From Gaiellales bacterium (lineage in GTDB: Bacteria; Actinomycetota; Thermoleophilia; Gaiellales; JAICJC01): a stretch of DNA of 64,000 bases. Shown one piece after another: positions 48,750 through 58,772 of this stretch (position 1 is its first letter; each line of letters begins with the position of its first letter). The stretch is taken from assembly GCA_038230835.1 (NCBI GenBank), contig JBBRMM010000017.1:1185-65184 (forward strand), given 5' to 3'. The position numbers were made by a program, and so were the translations under genes. Under the pieces are notes generated by a model. The model was given only the letters and a program-made list of their open reading frames with translations, made no database searches and was not told where the DNA came from.

Positions 48750-50552
48750 CTACTTACCGCCGGTGACGGGCTGGTCGGGCGTGATGCGAGCGTAGTGGGC
48801 GTACCACTTGCCGATCGCCGCGAAGGCCGGGGCGGCCACCCGACCGCCGAAGTAGCCCTTGGTCGGATGGTCGACGACAACCATGATCTCGACCTGGGGG
48901 TCGGATGCCGGGAAGAAGCCGATGAAGGACGATCGGTACCACCCGGGGACGTAGCGACCGTTGACCGGCACCTGCGCGGTGCCGGTCTTGCCGGCGATCG
49001 AGTATCCGGGAATCTGGGCCAGCACGCCGGTGCCGAACGGCTCATGGACGACGCGCTCGAGCATGCCGACCAGCTCGTGATCGATCCCCTGGGTGAGTAC
49101 GCGGCTGTGCGCCTGGGCGGGGAGTCTGACGCCCTGAACCGAGCTGACGAGGCGTGGTGAGATCTGCACGCCACCGTTGGCGACCGCCTGGTAGATGCTC
49201 GCCATCTGGATCGGGCTCACGCCGACGCCTTGACCGATCGGCACCGTGCCGATCGTCGAGCCGGACCAGGTGCCATGGGCGAGCGAGGGCACGATACCGT
49301 TCGTCTCGGCCGGAAAGTCGAGCGCCGTGTGATGGCCCAGCCCGAACCGGGCCATCCAGCGCTGCATGCCTTCGGACCCGACCATCCCTCCGATGACGGC
49401 CGCGCACACGTTGGAGGACTTGGCGAGGCAATCGCGGGCACTCATCGTGACCGGCCCGCGAGGCATGTCGTCCTTGATCCATCGATCCGCGACTCGGAAC
49501 TTGTAGGGCAGGTTGTGGAAGATCATCCCCGGATAGATCAGTCCCTCCGAGAGCGCCGCTCCGTAGGTGACGACCTTGAAGATCGACCCAGGCTCGTAGG
49601 TCATGGTGGCGGTGAGGTTCGCCGCGCGGTCGATGTGCTGGTGCGCGGTGTTGTTGTCGTACCCCGGCGCAGAGGCCATCGCCAGGATGTCGGCGCTGCG
49701 CGGATCCATCACGATCGCGGTCACCGCCTTCGCGCCCGAGGACGCGAGCGTCTGGCCGAGCACCGTCTGCACCTCGGCCTGCACGTTCGAATCGATGGTC
49801 AGCCGCATGTTGCGGCCCTGGCGCGGCGGCTTCGTGACCACGCTTCCGATGACCGTGTTGCCGGGCGCCTGCACGAGTTCTCGCAGACCGTCGTGCCCCG
49901 CCAGGTAGCGGTCGTACTGCTGTTCCAGGCCACCGCCGTTCTTCGCGCCGCTGAGGGTGAACGAGTCGACGTATCCCAGCACCTGGGAGGCGAGCGCGCC
50001 CTGGACATAGACGCGCGCAGGCTCCGGCTTGACCGAGATGCCCGGGAGGCGGCCGAGCGCCGCCATGTGCGCGATCCGCGCCCCCACGCTCGGATCGACC
50101 CCACGAGCGATGTAGTAGCTGTGCTTCAGGCTGGCGATGATGGAGTCGACAGCGGCGGTGAAGTGGCGGTGCAGGGCCAGCCGCCGGGCGACGAATGCCC
50201 GCTGCTTCTTGGTCGGCTTGGCGGACAGGTGCGGCACCACCACCGGCCGGTGGCCGAGCGCACGTGCGATGGCCACCGCGGTCAGCCTGCGATCCTTGAC
50301 CAGGCTCCGGTCGCTGACGACGATGCTCGAGGCCAACTGCTCGGCGGCGAGCGTGCGCCCGTCGGCACTGAAGATGCTCCCGCGCTGAGCCGGAATCGGG
50401 TTCGTCTGCTGCTGCTGGTTGACCACCTGGGCTGCCAGCGAGCTCGCGTCGAACGCCTGCACCTGGACGGCTCGGCCCACCACCGCCGCGAACCCGAGCA
50501 GGGTCACCGCCATGATCAGCCGCAGCCGGTGATCGCCGAGCCCGGCCCTCAC
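48750..50552 (-). CDS. ftsI: class B penicillin-binding protein (FtsI)
   Basis: RG.I, YEPGSIFK (SxxK), SSN and GKTGTAQ motifs. Confidence 0.93.
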   Translation of the reverse strand: MRAGLGDHRLRLIMAVTLLGFAAVVGRAVQVQAFDASSLAAQVVNQQQQTNPIPAQRGSIFSADGRTLAAEQLASSIVVSDRSLVKDRRLTAVAIARALGHRPVVVPHLSAKPTKKQRAFVARRLALHRHFTAAVDSIIASLKHSYYIARGVDPSVGARIAHMAALGRLPGISVKPEPARVYVQGALASQVLGYVDSFTLSGAKNGGGLEQQYDRYLAGHDGLRELVQAPGNTVIGSVVTKPPRQGRNMRLTIDSNVQAEVQTVLGQTLASSGAKAVTAIVMDPRSADILAMASAPGYDNNTAHQHIDRAANLTATMTYEPGSIFKVVTYGAALSEGLIYPGMIFHNLPYKFRVADRWIKDDMPRGPVTMSARDCLAKSSNVCAAVIGGMVGSEGMQRWMARFGLGHHTALDFPAETNGIVPSLAHGTWSGSTIGTVPIGQGVGVSPIQMASIYQAVANGGVQISPRLVSSVQGVRLPAQAHSRVLTQGIDHELVGMLERVVHEPFGTGVLAQIPGYSIAGKTGTAQVPVNGRYVPGWYRSSFIGFFPASDPQVEIMVVVDHPTKGYFGGRVAAPAFAAIGKWYAHYARITPDQPVTGGK

Positions 50553-50947
50553 TTGGAGAACACCCCGAGTCGGTGCGGCCTGGGCCGGAGCGGCAGGTAG
50601 CGCCACGGGCTGGTCTGGACCATCCCGTACGAGCGCGCCCGCTTGGCGATCACCCAGGGCGCCGTCAGCCTCTGGACCTCGTTTTCGAGCGTCCGGTTCT
50701 GGATGCCCAGCACGGTCGCCTGCTGGGACATGTGGTTGGCGTCGATGCCGGACCGAAGCGCCGCCACGTTGAGGGCGACGATCCCGCCCAGCATCGCTGC
50801 CAGCAGGACAACCCACGCCAGTCCGCCGGCCGAGATCCGGCGGGCCGGCGCCGGGCGGCGGCGGGCCGGGCGCGGTGCCTCGGCGGGTGCGGGTCGGGCC
50901 TTGGGGGCGCGGCGGGGCGCGGAGCGCGCCGGAGCGGCGATGCTCAC
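50549..50947 (-). CDS. ftsL: cell division protein FtsL-like
   Basis: TM plus coiled coil ending A...GMV; located between rsmH and ftsI. Confidence 0.8.
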   Translation of the reverse strand: MSIAAPARSAPRRAPKARPAPAEAPRPARRRPAPARRISAGGLAWVVLLAAMLGGIVALNVAALRSGIDANHMSQQATVLGIQNRTLENEVQRLTAPWVIAKRARSYGMVQTSPWRYLPLRPRPHRLGVFSK

Positions 50948-51879
50948 CGGCCGTTTGCCCTCTCGGCTGCCCGCAGCTTGGCCGACGCCGAACGCGGATT
51001 GCGCGAGCGCTCGTCAACCGAGGGCACCACCGCGCGCGTGGTCAATGTGCGAATCGCCGGCTTGTGCCCGCACACGCACACGGGAAAGTCCGGCGGGCAG
51101 GTGCACCCGCGCGCCTCCTCCCGGATGAACTGCTTGACGATCCGGTCCTCCAGCGAGTGGAAGCTGAGTACCGCCAACCGGCCACCCGGAGCGAGCAGGT
51201 CACGCGCCGCTACGAGCCCCTCGCGCAACGAGTCGAGCTCGCCGTTGGTGGCGATTCGCAGCGCCTGGAATACGCGTTTTGCCGGGTGGCCCTGGCCGAA
51301 CCGGCTGGGCGTCGGGATGGCCGCCTTGATCACTTCGACCAGGTCCCCCGACCGCGTGAACGGTCGCTGGGCGCGCCGGCGCACGATCGCCCGGGCGATC
51401 TGCCGCGAGAACCGCTCCTCGCCGAACTCCCGGAACACCGACGCCAGCTCCCGCTCGTCCCAGCCGTTGACGATCCCGGCCGCGGCCAGGTCGGCCGACG
51501 GATCCATGCGCATATCCAGCGGCGCGTCCGTCGCGTAGCTGAAGCCGCGCTCGGTGCGGTCGACCTGCATCGAGGACATGCCGAGATCCATCAGCACCGC
51601 CTGCACCCGTCCGCCGGTCGCCACCATGTTGCGCAGCACGAGCGCGAAGTCGCCGTGGACGAAGCGGGTGGACGAGCTCGCGCCGGCGGCGAAGCGGCGG
51701 TAGAACGACTCCACCTCCGGGTCGCGGTCGATAGCGACGTAGCTGCCGGTGCCGTGCAGGTAGGGCTCGAGCACGGCCGCGTGGCCGCCGCCCCCGAAGG
51801 TGCAGTCGACCACCGTGTCGCCCGGACGCAGGTCGAGCAGTTCGGCCACCTCCAGCTCCATCACCGGGATGTGGGCCAT
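50944..51879 (-). CDS. rsmH: 16S rRNA m4C1402 methyltransferase
   Basis: HIPV, DCTFGGGGH, DLG.SSMQ.D...RGFSY, FHSLEDR.VK and NPRS.SAKLR motifs. Confidence 0.97.
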   Translation of the reverse strand: MAHIPVMELEVAELLDLRPGDTVVDCTFGGGGHAAVLEPYLHGTGSYVAIDRDPEVESFYRRFAAGASSSTRFVHGDFALVLRNMVATGGRVQAVLMDLGMSSMQVDRTERGFSYATDAPLDMRMDPSADLAAAGIVNGWDERELASVFREFGEERFSRQIARAIVRRRAQRPFTRSGDLVEVIKAAIPTPSRFGQGHPAKRVFQALRIATNGELDSLREGLVAARDLLAPGGRLAVLSFHSLEDRIVKQFIREEARGCTCPPDFPVCVCGHKPAIRTLTTRAVVPSVDERSRNPRSASAKLRAAERANGR

Positions 51880-51889
51880 GACGTCCTCG

Positions 51890-52318
51890 CTAGTGCTGTG
51901 AGAGAGATTCGGCAACATCCTCCACGCTCCCTTGAGATTCGGCCTCCTGCGCGCGCCACGCCTCGAGGTTCCAGATTTCCAGCCGGTCGCGAAGCCCGGC
52001 GACCACGATGTCGCGATCGAGCCCCGCGTGCTCCAGATGCATGGGCGGTAGCATCACCCGGCCCTGACGGTCGACGTCGGTCTCCCAGGCCCCGCCGTAC
52101 AGGTAGCGGGCGAGCCGCCGGCCCTCGCGGCTGAACGGGTCGAGCCGGGAGATCTGAGACTCGGCGAAGGCCTCCCAGCCGGAGCGGTTGTAGACCGCCA
52201 GACATCCGTCGAGGCCCTTCGTGACCACCACGCCGTCGGCGAAATGCTCCCGGTAGCGAGCCGGCAGCGTGACCCGGTTCTTGGCATCCAACTTCTGAAC
52301 CGATTCACCGAGCAACAA
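51890..52318 (-). CDS. mraZ: division/cell wall cluster repressor MraZ
   Basis: LDAKNRVTLPA.YR, GLDGCL, DRQGRV.LP and EIW motifs. Confidence 0.95.
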   Translation of the reverse strand: MLLGESVQKLDAKNRVTLPARYREHFADGVVVTKGLDGCLAVYNRSGWEAFAESQISRLDPFSREGRRLARYLYGGAWETDVDRQGRVMLPPMHLEHAGLDRDIVVAGLRDRLEIWNLEAWRAQEAESQGSVEDVAESLSQH

Positions 52319-52328
52319 GGTGGCTTTC

Positions 52329-52367
52329 TCCCATTTTGCCCCACGATACCCCACTTTCCACCACTTT
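52329..52367 (-). promoter_or_regulatory. MraZ binding repeats
   Basis: Minus strand AAAGTGG.TGG.AAAGTGG.GGT.ATCGTGG.GGC.AAAATGGGA: four (G/A)TGG units at exact 10-bp spacing before mraZ. Confidence 0.85.
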
Positions 52368-52561
52368 GCAACGCCGACGTGGGCAAAGCGCTCCACCTGA
52401 CCGACTGGGCATCACGTCGAAGGGGTCAACCCGCCCCTGCGACCCTCCGACGGCGCCCAGTCGAACCCGTCAAGCCGCGATCATGCAAGGGCGAGAGCGG
52501 CGAAATTTCCTTACATGATTCCCTTGGTTGCAGGCAATCGCCGGTGGTAGAGTCCGGCGTC

Positions 52562-53725
52562 ATGCCGTCCTCACTCCGTCCACGGCGGTGGACGCGCTGG
52601 GCACTCACAGCTGCTTTGGCCACCGGTCTCGGAGCCGGGGCGGCGATTGCAGTGCCACCTGCGCACGCCGGGCAACTCGCGTCCAAACGCGCCGAGGCGC
52701 GCCGTGTCGAGGCCCAGCTGAACCTCCTTCAGGCGCGGGTGGACGCGGCTGTCCAGGCCTACGACCAGGCAGCGTCACAGCTGCACCAGGTGCGCGCCGC
52801 GATCGTGCGCAACACCGCCCAGCTCCGGATCGCGCAGGCCAACCTCCGCATCGCGCGGGCGCAGCTGGCCCAGTTGGTGGTGGCCGGGTACAAGGGCGGC
52901 GGCCCAGACGTCACGCTCTACGTGCTCTCCGCCTCGTCGTTCACCGAGCTGATCGACCGCATCGACCTGGTCGATCGCGCCGACACCAGCCAGTCACAGC
53001 TGCTGGCTCTGATCGCAACCTCGGAGCACCAGATCGCGGTCCATCAACGGGCGCTGGTCGTCGAGGCGCACGCCGCCAAGCGGCTGGTCGGCCAGGCCGC
53101 TGCGCGACGGCACGCCGTCCAGGCGCTGGTCGCCCACCAGCGGACCGTGCTGGCAAGCGTGAAGAGCGACATCGCCACACTGATCAAGCAGGCGCAGGAA
53201 CGCCGAGACCGGGCGGCCGCAGCGGCCGCCGCCCGTGCCGCCGCCGCCGCGGCCCAGCAGCAACAGCAGCAGCAGCAGAACAGCGGCGGCGGTACCGCGT
53301 CGGGTGGAGGCACGTCCGGCGGCGGCATCCCCGACCCGATCCCGAACCCGCCGCCGGCCGGCTCGCTGGGCCAGAAGGCCGTCCAGATCGCGATGGGCGA
53401 GCTGGGCGTTCCATATGTGTGGGGTGGCGCCAGCCCGGCCGGCTTCGACTGCTCGGGCCTGACGATGTGGGTGTACGCCCAGCTCGGGGTCTCGCTCGAC
53501 CACTACACCGGGTCGCAGTGGACGGCCGGCCCCCACGTCTCGCGGCCCGACCTGCAGCCCGGCGATCTGGTGTTCTTCGAGCCGACCATCGGCCACGTCG
53601 GCATCTACATCGGCAACGGGCTGTTCATCCACGCGCCTCACACGGGCGACGTCGTGCGCATCTCCAGCCTGTCCGACTCGTGGTACGCGGCGGAGTACCA
53701 GGGTGCCGTCCGCGTCACCGGTTAA
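52562..53725 (+). CDS. secreted coiled-coil NlpC/P60 peptidoglycan endopeptidase (CwlO/RipA-like)
   Basis: Signal peptide, coiled coil, poly-Ala/Gln8/Gly linker, PYVWGGASP.GFDCSGL, HVGIYIG and IHAP motifs. Confidence 0.93.
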   Translation: MPSSLRPRRWTRWALTAALATGLGAGAAIAVPPAHAGQLASKRAEARRVEAQLNLLQARVDAAVQAYDQAASQLHQVRAAIVRNTAQLRIAQANLRIARAQLAQLVVAGYKGGGPDVTLYVLSASSFTELIDRIDLVDRADTSQSQLLALIATSEHQIAVHQRALVVEAHAAKRLVGQAAARRHAVQALVAHQRTVLASVKSDIATLIKQAQERRDRAAAAAAARAAAAAAQQQQQQQQNSGGGTASGGGTSGGGIPDPIPNPPPAGSLGQKAVQIAMGELGVPYVWGGASPAGFDCSGLTMWVYAQLGVSLDHYTGSQWTAGPHVSRPDLQPGDLVFFEPTIGHVGIYIGNGLFIHAPHTGDVVRISSLSDSWYAAEYQGAVRVTG

Positions 53726-53998
53726 CCTGCCGCCCGGGGAATCCGGACGCACGGTGCCACCGGTGACCCCTAGGAAATACCGCGATGCGGGGATATACTT
53801 GGGCCACGACCACCACCTTGGGGTATGCAAGACTGCAGGTGGCGTCCGTAGACTGGGCGCGAACCTCGAGGGAATGGCCGGCATGGGGTCGCCGGTCTGG
53901 GCGGGCGCAAGCGCGCTCACATCGCAAACGGGAATATGAGCGCGACGGCGAACGTTTGAGGATCACGGAGCGGCGAGTGAACGAGGGAGTTGATAGGA

Positions 53999-55042
53999 AT
54001 GACTGACCAGCTCGTGATCGAGCCGGAGGCCCGGCTACTGGTCGAGCTCGGCCAGGAGCGCGGCGTCGTCTACGAAGACGAGCTGGCGGGACTGTCCCTG
54101 GAGCTCGACCTCGACCCTGAGGACATTCAGGCGCTGCGCGACGAGCTCGCCCACCTGGGCGTCGACATCGTCGAGCCACCCGCCGCCGAGGAGCGGATCG
54201 AGGTGGTGGACGTCGAGATCGCGACCACCAACAGCCTCGACCTGTTCCTGCGCCAGGCCGGCCGCTACCCGCTGCTGACCAAGGACGAGGAGGTCATGCT
54301 GGCCAAGCGCATCGAGGCCGGCGACCCCACCGCCAAGCGGCGCATGATCGAGTCGAACCTGCGGCTGGTGGTGTCGATCGCCAAGCAATACCGCGGTCAG
54401 GGCGTGCCCTTCCTCGACCTGATCCAGGAGGGCGTGCTGGGGCTCAACCGCGCTGTGGAGAAGTTCGACTGGCGGCGCGACCTCAAGTTTTCGACCTACG
54501 CCACGTGGTGGATCCGCCAGGCCGTGCAGCGCTCGATCGCCAATAGCGGGCGCACCATCCGGCTACCCGTCCACGTGTCCGACCGACTGCGCGCGATCGA
54601 GCGCGCCCGGCGGTCGCTCGAGGCCAGCCTCGGCCGCGAGCCGACCGAGGAGGAGATCGCCAAGGCGGCCGAGCTGACCTCCGACGCGGTGTCGGAAACT
54701 CTCGGGCTCGCCCGCAAGACCGTCTCGCTGCACGAGCCGGTCGGTGAGGACGGCGACTCGGAGTTGGGTGACATGATCGCCGACCCGGACGCCGGCAACC
54801 CCGAGGAGCTGGCCGAGACGCACCTGCGCCACGAGCGGCTGCGCGAGGGCCTGGCCCGGCTGGGTGAGCGCAAGCGCCTGATCCTCGAGCTGCGGTTCGG
54901 CCTCGACGGGCAGGATCCGCGCAACCTCGAGGAGATCGGCCGGATCGTCGGGCTGACTCGGGAGCGCGTGCGGCAACTCGAGGCGGAGGCACTGCGCGAG
55001 CTGGCCGCGTCGGCCGACATGCAGCCGCTGCGCGCCGCCTGA
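53999..55042 (+). CDS. RpoD/SigA-family sigma-70 factor (likely paralog)
   Basis: Region 1.1-like N-terminus; [37 protein letters not shown] and TRERVRQLE motifs. Confidence 0.92.
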   Translation: MTDQLVIEPEARLLVELGQERGVVYEDELAGLSLELDLDPEDIQALRDELAHLGVDIVEPPAAEERIEVVDVEIATTNSLDLFLRQAGRYPLLTKDEEVMLAKRIEAGDPTAKRRMIESNLRLVVSIAKQYRGQGVPFLDLIQEGVLGLNRAVEKFDWRRDLKFSTYATWWIRQAVQRSIANSGRTIRLPVHVSDRLRAIERARRSLEASLGREPTEEEIAKAAELTSDAVSETLGLARKTVSLHEPVGEDGDSELGDMIADPDAGNPEELAETHLRHERLREGLARLGERKRLILELRFGLDGQDPRNLEEIGRIVGLTRERVRQLEAEALRELAASADMQPLRAA

Positions 55043-55053
55043 CCCAGCTGTAG

Positions 55054-55707
55054 CTATCCCGGCGCGCCGAGCAGGCGTCGTGCGTGGCCGTCCACACCCT
55101 CGACCGTCACCGGCACCGTTGCCGAGCGCTCCCAGCCCGCGCGGGAGAGGGCGACGTCGGTGTGCGACACCTCCACCCCCCGCGGGGCGCAGGTCGACAT
55201 CCCCACCACCTCGTAGCCCAGTTTGAGCGAGACGCCGAGGGACGCCGCGTTGCCCTCGATGGCGCCTGACGTTGCGAGCGATGCCCCGAGCCCGTCGAAC
55301 GCCAGTTGCAGCACCGCCGCGCGCATCTCGGTGCCGTAGCCGAGACCCTGGTCGGCCTGACCCAGCCACGAGCCGGTGTGTACGCTTCGGGTGTCCGAGA
55401 ATCGCTTGGCGGCAACCTCCTGGACGCCGATCGCACGGCCGTCCACCCGCACGCAGAAGAGCAGCGACCAGCGCTCGGGCGAGACACCGGCGGCCGCTTC
55501 GCGGTAGTACTCGAGAAACGAGCGGTCACCCTCGGCGGTGCCGACCGTGTCGGTCCACGGGACTGCGAACGGCATCTGGCCGGCCGGGTGGACTCCGCGT
55601 CTGGCGACCGCCAGCAGCTCCCGCGCCTCGCTCCCGCCGGCCAGTCCGAGCACCAGCCGCGGGGTGCGCAACACGATGGCCAGCGGCAGCACCCACCGGT
55701 CGCTCAC
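55054..55707 (-). CDS. GNAT (RimJ/RimL-type) acyltransferase
   Basis: RTPRL.L, MPF..PWTD, TGSWLG...QG.GYGTEMRAAVL..AF and N.AS..VS.KLGY motifs. Confidence 0.88.
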   Translation of the reverse strand: MSDRWVLPLAIVLRTPRLVLGLAGGSEARELLAVARRGVHPAGQMPFAVPWTDTVGTAEGDRSFLEYYREAAAGVSPERWSLLFCVRVDGRAIGVQEVAAKRFSDTRSVHTGSWLGQADQGLGYGTEMRAAVLQLAFDGLGASLATSGAIEGNAASLGVSLKLGYEVVGMSTCAPRGVEVSHTDVALSRAGWERSATVPVTVEGVDGHARRLLGAPG

Positions 55708-56528
55708 AGTACGTGCGGCACGGCGTGCTTCCAGGCCACCGATGCGGCCCGGGCGAGCACCCGGTGCACCACCTCGGGATCGACGCCGGTGCGCTGTGCG
55801 ACTGCCTGCTCGTTCAGGCCCTGGTCGAAGTGGGCGGCCAGCACCAGGTCGGCGTCCCGGTAGCTGAAGCCCAGCTCCTGCTCGTCGGTCTGCCCGCCCC
55901 ACAGCCCGGCCGTGGGATGCTTGGCGATCACCGACTCGGGCTGGCCGAGGAGGCGCGCCAGGCGGCGCACCTCGGTCTTGTAGAACTCGGTGATCGGCTC
56001 GATGTCCGAGGCCGCATCTCCGAAGCGGGTGAAGTAGCCGAGCAGGTTCTCGCTGCGGTTCTCGGTGCCGAGCACGAGCGCATGAAGCTCCTGGGCGAGG
56101 TCGTAGATGACCAGCATCCGCGCGCGGGCGCTTGCATTGCCGAACCGGATGTCCGAGGCGGCGACGCTCGGGCGGCCGGCCGCCAGCCCATCCAGGATCG
56201 GCTCGATCGACACCGTCAGCAGGTTCCCGGCCGGCAGGCCGGCCGCGTCGGCCGACGCCTCCGCGTCGTCCAGGTGCACCTGCTCGGTGTGGCGCGACGG
56301 CAGCCGCACCGCGACGACATGCTCGGGCCCGATCGTGCGCGCACCGATGGCCATGGCGACGGCGGAGTCGATGCCGCCGGAGAGCCCGATCACCAGTTTG
56401 CCGCGGCCCGCATCGTGCATCGTCTCCCGCAGTCGCCGCGACTTGGTCTCGAGTGCCGCGGCCAGCTCGTCCTCGCCCCGCAGCAGGCCCACACCCGGAT
56501 CGGTGGATGGTGCGTCGGCGCGGTTCAT
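55704..56528 (-). CDS. nadE: NH3-dependent NAD+ synthetase
   Basis: GLSGGIDSA, GN..AR.RM, GT.NRSE..LGYFT..GD, K.PTAGLW.GQTDE.ELG and KH motifs. Confidence 0.95.
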   Translation of the reverse strand: MNRADAPSTDPGVGLLRGEDELAAALETKSRRLRETMHDAGRGKLVIGLSGGIDSAVAMAIGARTIGPEHVVAVRLPSRHTEQVHLDDAEASADAAGLPAGNLLTVSIEPILDGLAAGRPSVAASDIRFGNASARARMLVIYDLAQELHALVLGTENRSENLLGYFTRFGDAASDIEPITEFYKTEVRRLARLLGQPESVIAKHPTAGLWGGQTDEQELGFSYRDADLVLAAHFDQGLNEQAVAQRTGVDPEVVHRVLARAASVAWKHAVPHVL

Positions 56529-56584
56529 CGCCCCAAGCCTACCCAACCCGCCGTGCCCGGACCCACCCCACCCCACCCCCACCC

Positions 56585-56599
56585 CGGGGTCAGACCCCG
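56585..56599. repeat. REP-like odd-centred palindrome next to a C-run tract
   Basis: CGGGGTC-A-GACCCCG in the nrtR-nadE intergenic region. Confidence 0.7.
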
Positions 56600-56651
56600 T
56601 ACGGACCGCGACACAGAATCGGCACGGAACTGCGACGAGATGCCGGATGCG

Positions 56652-57362
56652 TCAGGTGGCGCGGCGGTAGCGGGCACTCTGGGCGAGAATCAACGGGCGC
56701 CGGTCGGCGAACCGGTACAGCGTGGCCGGGCGACCGCCGGTCGCGCGCTCGCCGTCCTGCACCAGCACTCCCCAGCCGAGCGCGATACGGCGGAAGTTGT
56801 TGGGCTCGAACGCGCGCCCGATGCCGGCCTCGTACACCCGCCGCAGTTCGGTCATCGTGAATGTCTCGGGCAGCAGGCTCCAGGCCACATTCTGGTACTC
56901 CAGTTTGTACGCGAGCCGAAGCCGGGCGTAGCCAAGGATGTGGTCATGGTCGAAGGCGAGCACCTCGTCCCCACGCTCGATCTGCACGACCAGCTGCTCG
57001 AGCGGTCGCCAGACGGCCTCCCGCGCCTCGGATCCGGGCTTCAGCCGCACCGACCCCGCGTCCACCAGCGCGAGGTAGCAGCAGGAGATCACCCGCCCGC
57101 GCGGATCGCGGTCGATCTCCGAGAAGGTCGCCAGTTGCTCGAGGAAGACATCCGCAACGCCGGTCTCCTCGGCCAGCTCGCGAACGGCCGCCTGCTCCAG
57201 CGACTCGCCGGGGCGCAGCAGGCCGCCCGGCAGTGCCCAGTAGCTCTCGAACGGCTCGTACCGGCGGCGCACCAGGAGCACCTGCACGGCATCGTCGAGG
57301 AACGCGAACACCGCCACGTCGGCAGCGACGCGAGGTTGTTCGCTTGGGGCCGGCGAACTCAT
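56652..57362 (-). CDS. nrtR: NrtR-type NUDIX/wHTH transcriptional regulator
   Basis: WALPGG....ESL..AA.REL.EETG, LEQL.TF...DRDPR.R, LAFDH and FT..EL..VYE.......NFRR motifs; adjacent to nadE. Confidence 0.88.
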   Translation of the reverse strand: MSSPAPSEQPRVAADVAVFAFLDDAVQVLLVRRRYEPFESYWALPGGLLRPGESLEQAAVRELAEETGVADVFLEQLATFSEIDRDPRGRVISCCYLALVDAGSVRLKPGSEAREAVWRPLEQLVVQIERGDEVLAFDHDHILGYARLRLAYKLEYQNVAWSLLPETFTMTELRRVYEAGIGRAFEPNNFRRIALGWGVLVQDGERATGGRPATLYRFADRRPLILAQSARYRRAT

Positions 57363-57365
57363 CGC

Positions 57366-58772
57366 TCAGCTCGACGGCGAGATCAAGAACGTGCGCACGC
57401 TGGTGTAGAACTCGCGGGCCTGCTTGCCCTGCTCGCGGGGCCCGCTGCTGGACGCCTTCTCACCGCCGAACGGGGTGTGAAAGTCGACGCCCGACGTCGG
57501 CTGGTTGACGCGCACGAGCCCGGTGTCGAGCCGCTCGGCGAGCGCCAGCACGCGATCGAGGTCGCGGGTAAAGACCGCCGTCGAGAGCCCATACCGGACA
57601 CCGTTTGCGAGCTCGACGGCGTGATCGGCATCGACAGCCTCGAGCAGCGCGCACACCGGCCCGAACACCTCTTCCTGCGCCAGTTCGGCCCCGGGGTCGT
57701 CGAGCTCGACCAGCGCCGGCTCGAGGTAGGCGCCCGGCCACGCGCCCGCCCCGCCGCCGGTCAGCACCCGTCCACCCGCGTCCCTGGCCCGCTCCACGGC
57801 TGCCAGCGCCCGATCGCGGGCCTGCTCGTTGATCAGCGGGCCCACCCGGCAGTCCTCGCGGGCCGGCCCCTCGACCACCAGCCCCTCGATGGCGGCGACC
57901 AGGGCGCTGCGCATCGGCACCGCCACCGACCGTTCGCAGATCACGCGTCCGGTGGCTGTGCACTTCTGACCGGCGAAGCCCATGGCCGCGCCGGCGATGG
58001 TCGCCGCGGCCGACTCGATGTCGGCGTCGGCCAGCACGATCGAGGCATTCTGTCCGCCCATCTCGCACTGCGCCCCGGCACCGCGGTCGGCGAGCGTGCG
58101 CATGATCGACCGTCCGGTCGCCACTGAGCCCGTGAACGACAGCGCCGCGACTCCGGGGTGCCCGGAGAGCGCGGCTCCGGCGTCGCCGAATCCGTGCACC
58201 GTCTGCAGCACGCCGGCGGGCAGCTCGGCCTCGAACAGCTCCGCCAGCGCCTGGGCGCTCGCAGGAGCATGCTCGGACGGCTTCCAGACGCAGGCATTGC
58301 CGTAGGTGAGTGCGGGCGCGAGTTTCCACGCCGGGATTGCGATGGGGAAGTTCCAGGGTGTGATCAGGCCCACCACGCCGCGCGGGCGGCGGCGTGACAT
58401 GAGCAGCGATCGCCCGTCCGGCGCGGGATAGGTGTCGCCGTCGGGATCGAGCGCAGCCGCCGCGTGGTAGCGCAGGATGGCCGACGTCCGCGCGACCTCG
58501 CCGCGAGCCTCCACGATCGGCTTTCCGACCTCCCGGCAGATCAGGTCAGCCAGCGCCGTCGACCGCAGGTCGACGGCGTCCGCAACCCGATGCAGCACGG
58601 CCGCGCGATCGAAGGCGGTCGCCCCGGCCCACCCACTCGAAGCGGCGCGAGCGGCCAGCACAGCTCGATCGACGTCGATGCCGCCGGCGGGGCGCATGGT
58701 CGCAACCACGTCCTGCGGATCCGCGGGGTTGGTGCTGCGAATCTCGGTCGCCGCGACTTCGCCGGAAATCAT
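57366..58772 (-). CDS. aldehyde dehydrogenase (ketoglutarate-semialdehyde dehydrogenase-like)
   Basis: ITPWNFPIAIP.WK, FTGS, EMGG, GQKCTA, EEVFGP and PFGG.K.S motifs. Confidence 0.92.
   Translation of the reverse strand: MISGEVAATEIRSTNPADPQDVVATMRPAGGIDVDRAVLAARAASSGWAGATAFDRAAVLHRVADAVDLRSTALADLICREVGKPIVEARGEVARTSAILRYHAAAALDPDGDTYPAPDGRSLLMSRRRPRGVVGLITPWNFPIAIPAWKLAPALTYGNACVWKPSEHAPASAQALAELFEAELPAGVLQTVHGFGDAGAALSGHPGVAALSFTGSVATGRSIMRTLADRGAGAQCEMGGQNASIVLADADIESAAATIAGAAMGFAGQKCTATGRVICERSVAVPMRSALVAAIEGLVVEGPAREDCRVGPLINEQARDRALAAVERARDAGGRVLTGGGAGAWPGAYLEPALVELDDPGAELAQEEVFGPVCALLEAVDADHAVELANGVRYGLSTAVFTRDLDRVLALAERLDTGLVRVNQPTSGVDFHTPFGGEKASSSGPREQGKQAREFYTSVRTFLISPSS

Noticed and set aside
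52400-52560. c-di-AMP (ydaO) riboswitch upstream of the NlpC/P60 gene
   Set aside because: GAACCCGTCA resembles one conserved segment, but the GCTGAATCC, GGGGAACC and GGGGTGAAT elements are absent, and a -10 box sits just before the ATG.
53221-53278. GCC/CAG triplet runs as a contingency locus
   Set aside because: In-frame poly-Ala/Gln linker typical of coiled-coil NlpC/P60 proteins; length changes would not shift the frame.
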